The translations under genes and the position numbers were made by a program. Positions 17,755-24,000 of a stretch of DNA of 24,000 nt are shown piece after piece (positions within the stretch are counted from its first letter, which is position 1; the number at the start of each line of letters is the position of its first letter). The stretch comes from an uncultured Gammaproteobacteria bacterium. Its GTDB lineage: Bacteria; Pseudomonadota; Gammaproteobacteria; Thiohalomonadales; Thiohalomonadaceae. The DNA lies in contig CAWAMN010000002.1 of the NCBI GenBank assembly GCA_963783235.1, positions 1,462,181-1,486,180 of the forward strand, written 5' to 3'. The notes beneath the pieces are model-generated. The model was not told the DNA's origin. It saw only the letters and a list, made by a program, of their open reading frames with translations, and made no database searches.

Positions 17755-19143
17755 TTAACTCGTGGAATCGGTGTTTTCGGCCGTGACGGGTTCCTGACGG
17801 AGTTGCCGCTCGAAAACATTCCGGTAATCGCGGATGCGCTGGACATAATCGACCGGCTCCCAGCCCCTGGCATAACCGTAGGGGAGATCGCGATAGTGTT
17901 CCTTCTCGGCCAACAGTGGGAGGACCTCCTTGAGGTCGACCCAGCGATCGGGATTGCGCCCCAGCCGCCCGGCCAGCGTCCGTGCATCTCGCAAATGGGC
18001 GAAGCCGACATTGTAAGCGGCCAACGCGAACCAGAGGCGATCCTCCCCCTGTACCGACTCCGGCAGCCGTTTCATCATGCGCGCCAGGTACTTGGCGCCG
18101 CCCCGTATGCTTTGGGCGGGGTCCAGACGGCTGGCGACGCCGACCTCCTTGGCGGTGGTCAGCGTCAGCATCATTATGCCGCGCACCCCGGTCGGACTCT
18201 TTGCCCGGGGATTCCAGTGCGACTCCTGATAGGCCTGCGCCGCCAGTAGAGTCCAGGGGAGATCGTGGCGCTCTGCCGCCTTTTTGAAAAGGCTCTCGTA
18301 CGGCGGCAGCCGGTTCTCGATGCGGCGCATGAAGACTCGCATGTCGACGTAATCGAAAATCTCGGCGTAACCGTAATAGCGCTCATAAAGACGTGCCATC
18401 AGCCCGGTTTCTTCCGCCTTCCGGAACCACTCATCGAGATAATCCGCAAAACCATCCGCGTGCTCGGGCAGCACCCAGGCGAGCTGCTGCTGTTCCGATA
18501 TCGGGAACGCCACCAGCAATTCGGGTAGATAGCGCCGATTGATGGCGACGATGTTGGAATCCGCTACCGTACAGTCGATCTCCCGCTTCCAGACCTTGTA
18601 AAGCAGCTGTTCCGTGCCGTCGCCTGCACTGGCCTCCCACACCAGTTTCGGGTGTTGCTGCTTCAACGCCGAGAGTCGCTCCAGATAGCTGGTCCCGGCG
18701 GCCACCCGCATGGCCTTGTCGGTCAGGTCCGCCGGCGATTCGGGGAGTTCCTCCCCCCGACGGCAGACCACTTCCTGTTGAACGGGGAAGTACTCGGGAC
18801 CAAAGCGAAATCGTCCCTCCCGTCGCTCGGTCCGCGTGATTCCCGCCGCGGCCAGGTGAGCTTCGCCGTTTTCAATGGCGGCCAGTACCCCCTCGACAGA
18901 GTCGAGGACCTTGAACTCAACCTCGACGTCGAGCGAGTCGGCCAATGCCGATACCAGAGAATACTCGTACCCTTCGGGCCCCTCCCGCCCCTGGTAATAG
19001 GTCGTCGGAGCGTTGCGGGTGACGACGACCAGCTTCCCCTCCGCCCGGATCGTCTCCAGCATGGAAGGTGGGCGCTCACAACCGGCCAGCAGTGCGAAAC
19101 CCAAGAGGAGAAACAGCAGGGGGTTGAAACTTCGGCCCGGCAT
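17755..19143 (-). CDS. mltF: Membrane-bound lytic murein transglycosylase F
   Basis: An N-terminal SBP-like module is followed by a C-terminal SLT domain (AQAYQESHWNP...GVRGIMMLT...AYNVG). The lipobox is LLAGC. The start is set at the second ATG (19143), which has GGAGA 6 nt upstream; the first ATG at 19158 lacks an SD. Confidence 0.9.
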   Translation of the reverse strand: MPGRSFNPLLFLLLGFALLAGCERPPSMLETIRAEGKLVVVTRNAPTTYYQGREGPEGYEYSLVSALADSLDVEVEFKVLDSVEGVLAAIENGEAHLAAAGITRTERREGRFRFGPEYFPVQQEVVCRRGEELPESPADLTDKAMRVAAGTSYLERLSALKQQHPKLVWEASAGDGTEQLLYKVWKREIDCTVADSNIVAINRRYLPELLVAFPISEQQQLAWVLPEHADGFADYLDEWFRKAEETGLMARLYERYYGYAEIFDYVDMRVFMRRIENRLPPYESLFKKAAERHDLPWTLLAAQAYQESHWNPRAKSPTGVRGIMMLTLTTAKEVGVASRLDPAQSIRGGAKYLARMMKRLPESVQGEDRLWFALAAYNVGFAHLRDARTLAGRLGRNPDRWVDLKEVLPLLAEKEHYRDLPYGYARGWEPVDYVQRIRDYRNVFERQLRQEPVTAENTDSTS

Positions 19144-19214
19144 ACGGACTCTCCGCATAACATGAAGCAGCTAACAAACTAACCGGGCACGGAGAAAAGG
19201 ACAAGCAGGGAGGT

Positions 19215-19234
19215 GGCGCCCGTCCCTGGGCGCC
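19215..19234 (-). terminator. GC hairpin downstream of the flotillin gene (possible operon terminator)
   Basis: GGCGCCC-gtccct-GGGCGCC is a perfect 7-bp stem about 95 nt past the flotillin stop. The U-tract on the minus strand is only loosely T-rich (…CTTGTCCTTTTCTCC). Confidence 0.3.
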
Positions 19235-19328
19235 CTGGGAGTCCTGCACAGAGGTTTTGACCGTTTCAGCAAGGTGAGAAGCGCCCATATGCAAGGCGCG
19301 CTTGCGCAGGACGACTGTCCCTCAATCA

Positions 19329-21116
19329 CTACGAGGCGGGTGCGACGTCGGGTTTCCCTTCACTGGCCCCATCGGGGGCATTCCGGAGGACACTCGTCAT
19401 CCCGTTGAGGTCACCTGCGTTCAGACCGACTTCTTTGAGAAGAGAGTCGACAAGCGGTCCTTGTGCCCGATAGCGCAGCGCACTGCTCACTACCTGATCG
19501 GCCAGGTTGCCGCCACCTCCCTCCCGGCCGTCGCCAAACTCCATACCGGCGGCGTAGCCGCCGTTGCCCGCGTTAAGGCCGTCCACCTGAACGATCTTGA
19601 TGCCGTCGATCTGCTCCATCGGGCGGACACTCTCGCGAATGATGTCGGGGAGGTTTTTCATCAGTGCCATGCGGATCTGCATGGCAATCTGCTCTTCGGA
19701 AAGCGTATTGTCGGCCTCGTTCATGGAGCGCTTGCCTTCCGCTTCGACCTGGTAGCGGATGGCGGCCGCCTCGGAGCGTAGTTTCTCGGCTTGCGCATCG
19801 CCTTCGGCGGCAATTCTGGCTTTTTCGGATTCGGCTTCGGCCTCGATACGAAGCGATTCGGCCCGATCCTCGGCCGCCTGTTTTTCCGCCTCGGCGGCCA
19901 CCGTGATGCTGATGGCGTCCCGTTCGGCGCGTTGGCGTGCTTCGACCAGTTCGACGGCCTTGACCCGCTCGGCCCGTTCCGTCTCGCGCACCGTCTCCAC
20001 GGCTTCCTCCTCCTTGACCGCGGAGGCGCGGGCGCGGGAGGCCTCGGCCTGCGCTTCGGATTCGGCCCTGGATTTCTCCGCGACAGCGATCTCGCTGTCC
20101 TGCTCGGAGAGCCGCACCGTCTTGCGTCGCTCCACTTCGGCGGTTTCGATGGAACGGGTGCGGGAGATGTCCTTCTCCTTGAGCATTCGCTCCTTGTCGA
20201 TGCGCTCCTCCTCAACGGCCCGTTCCGCCCCAATTCGGGCGGTATCCACCTGCCGCTGCGCGGCGATCTCCGCCTCTTCGGCTTCCTGCTTTTTCGCGGC
20301 CTGTTCGCGGGAGATCTCCGATGACTGCGCGGCACGGCGGGTTTCGATTTCACGCTGCTGCTCCAGCCGGGCGTACTCCTCCTCCCGCTCCAGATTCAGC
20401 CGCTGTCGCTCGGCATCGAGATTTTTGGTCTTGATCTGAACCTCGGTATCCTGCTCGATATCGTTGCGCTTTTTGCGCCGGGTCTCGATGGTTTCGGTCA
20501 GGCGCGTCAGACCTTCCGCGTCAAAGGCATTTTGCGGGTTGAAGTATTCAAACGAGGTCTGATCCAGTCCGGTGAGCGATACCGATTCCAGCTCCAGGCC
20601 GTTTTTGAGCAGATCTTCGGCGGTGACCTGCTGAACCTTTTGCACGAAGTCGACCCGCTTCTCGTGCAGTTGCTCCATTTCCATTTCCGCCGCGACGGCG
20701 CGCAGGGCGTCGACGAACTTGCCCTCGACCAACTCCTTGAGTGCCTCGGGATTCATGGTCTTTACGCCCAGGGTCTGGGCGGCATTGGCGATGGAATCTT
20801 CGGTCGGTTTTACGCGGACGTAGAATTCGGCGGTCACATCCACCCGCATGCGGTCATGGGTGATGAGCGCCTGCTCGTTGGCCCGGCGGACTTCCAGCCG
20901 CAGGGTATTCATGTTGACCGGAATGATTTCATGCAGAACGGGCAGCACCAGCGCGCCGCCGTTCATGATGACTTTCTGGCCCCTGAATCCGGTGCGTACG
21001 AAAGAGACCTCCTTGGACGCTCGTCGATACAGACGAGCGAGGATGAGGCCCACTGTGATCAGAGCGATTACGATGACCGCCGCGATCATGCCCAAGTTTG
21101 CAAGATTTCCGTTCAT
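19329..21116 (-). CDS. yqiK: Flotillin/SPFH family protein (YqiK-like)
   Basis: 595 aa with an N-terminal TM, an SPFH/Band-7 domain (VSFVRTGFRGQKVIMNGGALVLPVLHEI...) and a long E/A/R-rich coiled coil. SD AAGGAGAGG lies upstream of the ATG. Confidence 0.9.
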   Translation of the reverse strand: MNGNLANLGMIAAVIVIALITVGLILARLYRRASKEVSFVRTGFRGQKVIMNGGALVLPVLHEIIPVNMNTLRLEVRRANEQALITHDRMRVDVTAEFYVRVKPTEDSIANAAQTLGVKTMNPEALKELVEGKFVDALRAVAAEMEMEQLHEKRVDFVQKVQQVTAEDLLKNGLELESVSLTGLDQTSFEYFNPQNAFDAEGLTRLTETIETRRKKRNDIEQDTEVQIKTKNLDAERQRLNLEREEEYARLEQQREIETRRAAQSSEISREQAAKKQEAEEAEIAAQRQVDTARIGAERAVEEERIDKERMLKEKDISRTRSIETAEVERRKTVRLSEQDSEIAVAEKSRAESEAQAEASRARASAVKEEEAVETVRETERAERVKAVELVEARQRAERDAISITVAAEAEKQAAEDRAESLRIEAEAESEKARIAAEGDAQAEKLRSEAAAIRYQVEAEGKRSMNEADNTLSEEQIAMQIRMALMKNLPDIIRESVRPMEQIDGIKIVQVDGLNAGNGGYAAGMEFGDGREGGGGNLADQVVSSALRYRAQGPLVDSLLKEVGLNAGDLNGMTSVLRNAPDGASEGKPDVAPAS

Positions 21117-21147
21117 GTTTCCCTCTCCTTACGTTGTTTTGTTTTTT

Positions 21148-21810
21148 TCAGTCCACCAGTGCGGAACTCTCCACCTTGGCGGCTCGAAAGCCCGCCCCGA
21201 CGTGCTCGACGAGCAGCACTTCCGTACCCGCAGGCAGCGTTTCGCCCTCCCGTAGCGGTTCCACCATGATGTAGTGGGTCGTGCCGTGCCCGTCGCGGGT
21301 GCGGGCCTCCGCCGGATGACCGGCCTCGGCGCTGCCAAGGGTGATCACGGCGACACGCCCCACGAGACTCCCGCTCGACACCGCATCGGTTTCGTCTTGG
21401 GGCATGATGCGGCCCAGTGCCCCCCCAAGAGCCCGGACCAACGGCAGGGAGAGTGCCAGCGCCGGCACGGCGGCCGCAGGCCAGGGGAGCAATTCCCCGA
21501 AGAGGCTCTCGGCGAACGTCTGGACCCCCAAACCGACCAGTCCGAACCCGGTCAGAAAGAGCACCAGCAATACCAGGGCCGGCACCTCTCCCACCCGAAG
21601 CCAGCCGAGGAGCCTCGTCAGCACTCCGCCGTCGCTATCGATCTCGGGCGCGTCAATGTCGAGGTCGAAATCGGGAATCAGCCCCTCCAGGAGACTGGAG
21701 AGACCGGCTCCGAGCAGAGTCGTGACGCCTTCCAGCACGGCGATGGCGAGCATCACCAGCAGTGCGACGGCAAAGGGCAGATTGCCGTCGGCCGTCAGAA
21801 ACGCCATCAT
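21148..21810 (-). CDS. yqiJ: YqiJ/NfeD-like membrane protein (DUF1449 with C-terminal OB-fold)
   Basis: 220 aa. MMAFLTADGNLPFAVALLVMLAIAVLEG resembles the YqiJ N-terminus. It has several TM segments, and the soluble C-terminal GRVAVITLGSA...HYIMVEP...VLLVE is NfeD-like. It sits directly upstream of the flotillin gene, as in E. coli yqiJK. Confidence 0.75.
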   Translation of the reverse strand: MMAFLTADGNLPFAVALLVMLAIAVLEGVTTLLGAGLSSLLEGLIPDFDLDIDAPEIDSDGGVLTRLLGWLRVGEVPALVLLVLFLTGFGLVGLGVQTFAESLFGELLPWPAAAVPALALSLPLVRALGGALGRIMPQDETDAVSSGSLVGRVAVITLGSAEAGHPAEARTRDGHGTTHYIMVEPLREGETLPAGTEVLLVEHVGAGFRAAKVESSALVD

Positions 21811-22469
21811 TTCGAGGTGGCCTTCAGCGCCTCCAGCCGTTCACGGATGCGATTGCGACGGGAGAGCTCTTCCAGTTCGGCGAGGCGGACGGCATCTTTG
21901 GGATCCGTGTTTGCGCCGCTTCCCACGCCTGTTGAGCGCTCCATCACGCGCTCGAAAGCGGCGGATGCCTGATTCACTTTGGCGCCGGTGGGGGCAGACG
22001 CCTCGGGGCCGGCCGCTTGCGTTGTCTCGCGGCTGAACCGAAACTGCTCCAGCTCGTCCCCCATCTCGCGCTTCTTTGCCTTCAGGGCTTCAATGTAGCC
22101 TTCCAGCTCTTTCTCCCGCTCCGACAGCTCGGCAATGCTCTTCTCCAGGACGGGCAACTGCGCCTCGATGTCCAGTTGACGGGCGATGCCCGCCTCGGCG
22201 AGGTCGTCCCGGCCCTCGCCGAGCGCAACCGCAATTTGCCCTTCGAGCTGGTGGTGCTTTTCGCGTTCGGTTTCCAGCCGTTGATTGGCGAGATGCTTGT
22301 TGGCGATCACCTTGCCGAGTTCGGCCCGAACTTCATCCACTGCGGCGTCGATCTCCCGGATCGCCTGCTCCATTACCGACTCCGGGGCGGCATTTTCAAC
22401 CGAGTCGATTAGCGCGTTCAGTCCGCCGCTGATAATGCGACCGACCCGCGCCGCCATGCTTTCCGACAT
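21807..22469 (-). CDS. pspA: PspA/IM30 family protein
   Basis: 220 aa from ATG 22469, which has a strong SD (AAGGAGGA). RIISGGLNALIDSVENAAPESVMEQAIREIDAAVDEVRAEL aligns with the E. coli PspA N-terminal helices, and the protein is coiled-coil throughout. Its TGA overlaps the yqiJ ATG (ATGA, 21807-21810). Confidence 0.85.
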   Translation of the reverse strand: MSESMAARVGRIISGGLNALIDSVENAAPESVMEQAIREIDAAVDEVRAELGKVIANKHLANQRLETEREKHHQLEGQIAVALGEGRDDLAEAGIARQLDIEAQLPVLEKSIAELSEREKELEGYIEALKAKKREMGDELEQFRFSRETTQAAGPEASAPTGAKVNQASAAFERVMERSTGVGSGANTDPKDAVRLAELEELSRRNRIRERLEALKATSK

Positions 22470-22723
22470 GGGGCTTCCTCCTTTACGGGTGAGTGGGTTA
22501 ACCGGTGTAAAAGATTGCGGGAGGATGCAAAGGCAAAAGCGCGGTGGGTACCGCAAGGCGAGGCGTGGATGGAAGTCTCCACGAGTGCATAAAAGTCCGT
22601 GTAAATCCTTTGCACCTGGTGGTCCAGTTTTTCCCGTTAGTCACCCGAGCATATCAGGTTGCGGAAAAATCCGGTACTCAGGCGGAATCGGGTGACACGG
22701 CCTGCCGGGGTGGGGCGAACTGG

Positions 22724-23836
22724 CTAGTCACGCTTGGCGGCACGTCGTTCGATATACGCCCGCAGGTCGGGCTTTAGCCCGCCGTACTTCAGCGCTTTTC
22801 GGTAGGCACTTCGGGCGTCTTCTTTCCGGGCCGTCCGTTCCAGGGCGACGCCAAGGCCTGCCCACCAGGTGCCATTGGACGGTTGGGCGGCGACCAGCCG
22901 GCGGTAGAGGTCGGCGCTTTCGGCATACCGGCCCAGTCTCTGATAGGTGGCGGCCAGGAAGGCGCCCACATCGGTGTCTGACGGCGTCGTCCTGAGGGTG
23001 GTTTCCAGGAGCGCCGCCGCCGCTTCCGGGCGATTTTGGTGCAGGTGGGCGCGAGCGGCCAGCTGGGCCAGTTTGCCGTCGCCCGGATCGAGCCTCAGGC
23101 CCTTCTCCGCCAGTGGAAGCAGTTCCACCCAACGCCCTTCGGAGATCAAAAGCCCCGCAAGGGCCTCCCGTGCCCTGGCATGGGAGGGAAAGGTCTCCAG
23201 CGCTTTTGCCAGGCGATCTTCGGCTTCACTGCGCCGCCCGCGGGTGAGAAGCCCGTAGGCATCGCTGTAGAGCCGATCGGCTTTCTGTTCCGGCGTCAGC
23301 GGGCGGACCCGTTTCTCCATCACCACTGCCGTATCGCTCTTACTCTCCGGCCGGAGCGCCGGCGGCTTGGCGGCGATTCGTTGGGGGGCACCGGGTTGCG
23401 GTTCAGGTCGGTCGGATTCCGAAGAGACGGCAGTTTGCCGCGAAGGAGCCTTCGGGGGAACCGGTTCGCTCCGGGGTGGCGCAGGCACCCCTTTGGCGGC
23501 CATTGGGCTTTTCGGTGCGTCCGCCACCTTCGTCGGCGGTACGGCCCTCGGCGGCGCGGAAGCCGGTGGTATTTTCGAGACGGTTGCCGGATCGGAGCTT
23601 TCGGTCGGTTGCACCGCGGATTGCGCGGGTACGGAGACCGCTTCATCGCCGGTCCACAGGAACCAGCCGCCGAGACCGATGGTGGCGACGAAACCGGATA
23701 CGATCGCCGGTATTCGCCAGCCGGCGGAAACCGGGGCTCTCTCGCTCCGCAGGGCCGGTGTGAGTTCGTCGTCTCGACTCCCCTCATGGGAGCGGCGCGC
23801 CTCGACGTCTTTCAGGACCTGATTGATAAGGCTCAC
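22724..23836 (-). CDS. Membrane-anchored TPR protein with MshN/GspB-like N-terminus
   Basis: The GTG start at 23836 overlaps the upstream gene's TGA (GTGA). The N-terminus MSLINQVLKDVEARR resembles the MshN/GspB(ExeB) motif. One TM (IPAIVSGFVATIGLGGWFLW) and a Pro/Ala-rich linker are followed by at least 4 TPR-like repeats. Confidence 0.75.
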   Translation of the reverse strand: MSLINQVLKDVEARRSHEGSRDDELTPALRSERAPVSAGWRIPAIVSGFVATIGLGGWFLWTGDEAVSVPAQSAVQPTESSDPATVSKIPPASAPPRAVPPTKVADAPKSPMAAKGVPAPPRSEPVPPKAPSRQTAVSSESDRPEPQPGAPQRIAAKPPALRPESKSDTAVVMEKRVRPLTPEQKADRLYSDAYGLLTRGRRSEAEDRLAKALETFPSHARAREALAGLLISEGRWVELLPLAEKGLRLDPGDGKLAQLAARAHLHQNRPEAAAALLETTLRTTPSDTDVGAFLAATYQRLGRYAESADLYRRLVAAQPSNGTWWAGLGVALERTARKEDARSAYRKALKYGGLKPDLRAYIERRAAKRD

Positions 23837-24000
23837 GTCGGCTCCACTTCGCCTTCTTTTCGGTGGTCGGCGAGGCTTTCACCCGGACCAACGACCGTAA
23901 AGGTAATCGGGTTGGAGCGTTCTCCGGTAGGGGCAACGGCACGCGCGGACCAAGTGCCCGAATCGACGCCGGTCGTCACGGTAATGCGAAGATGCCGCCC
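23833..24000 (-). CDS. 3' end of an unidentified CDS (cut by window edge), translationally coupled to the TPR gene
   Basis: My hand translation of the minus strand gives an open frame from base 24000: GRHLRITVTTGVDSGTWSARAVAPTGERSNPITFTVVGPGESLADHRKEGEVEPT*. It is absent from the ORF track because it has no in-window start. The sequence looks beta-rich, and I could not assign a family. Confidence 0.5.
   Translation of the reverse strand, partial: GRHLRITVTTGVDSGTWSARAVAPTGERSNPITFTVVGPGESLADHRKEGEVEPT

Noticed and set aside
17748-18011. 88-codon N-terminal extension of the PDC-like ORF overlapping mltF
   Set aside because: It overlaps the well-supported mltF SLT domain out of frame. A strong SD plus ATG at 17747 sits immediately after the mltF stop. 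Similar over-extensions were trimmed for ubiE (9857), trhP (15381), pspA (22556) and hslV (12366).
19721-20439. Alternative-frame ORFs (210, 226 and 177 aa) inside the flotillin coiled-coil region
   Set aside because: They arise from the repetitive GAG/GCC/CGC-rich coding of the E/A/R coiled coil. Their translations are Arg/Ser/Pro low-complexity strings.
22541-22554. Small hairpin GCGGT-gggt-ACCGC and a second sigma-54-like spacing (cGGTAC-N5-gcGCt) upstream of pspA
   Set aside because: The -12 box lacks the TTGC core and the stem is only 5 bp. It is weaker than the 22611-22626 candidate, which is itself tentative.
1-24000. Search for tRNA, rRNA, CRISPR arrays, IS elements or transposases, integrases, phage or defence-island genes
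   Set aside because: No T-loop-like GGTTCGA motifs lie in the intergenic spacers, and there are no regularly spaced direct repeats. No terminal inverted repeats flank an ORF, and no recombinase-like translations appear. The gene content is housekeeping or accessory-metabolic rather than a mobile island.

Overview
This is a GC-rich (about 60-65%) stretch that reads like gammaproteobacterial chromosome; the hslVU-DUF971-ubiE-ubiJ-ubiB synteny resembles Pseudomonas or Ectothiorhodospiraceae-type genomes. It is densely coding, with 20 of 23 called CDS on the minus strand. In order, the window holds a truncated DJ-1/YajL gene, a TRAP transporter (dctQM divergent from a lipoprotein-type dctP), a heme-c sensor-PAS-PAS-GGDEF diguanylate cyclase, and a ubiquinone cluster ubiE-RDD-ubiJ-(323 bp spacer)-ubiB. 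These are followed by a DUF971 gene, hslV-hslU split by a large composite hairpin, a BASS-family symporter, a Cys-rich SO_0444/DUF318-type permease, an orphan MlaC homolog and trhP/yegQ. The remainder is mltF tightly followed by an output-less cytoplasmic PDC/Cache-like protein, a pspA-yqiJ-flotillin (yqiK-like) operon, and an MshN/GspB-like TPR protein coupled to a gene cut by the window edge. I found no rRNA, tRNA, CRISPR array, IS element or integrase. Several ORF-track starts are over-extended and were re-set using Shine-Dalgarno (SD) motifs and homolog N-termini. The best candidates for poorly described biology are the translationally coupled PspA/IM30-NfeD-like-SPFH membrane module, the orphan PDC protein behind mltF, the RDD gene embedded in the ubi operon, and three non-coding structures. 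Those structures are the hslVU hairpin, an AT-rich palindrome upstream of ubiE, and the ubiJ-ubiB spacer. All family calls rest on my recognition of the translated sequences; no database search was run.
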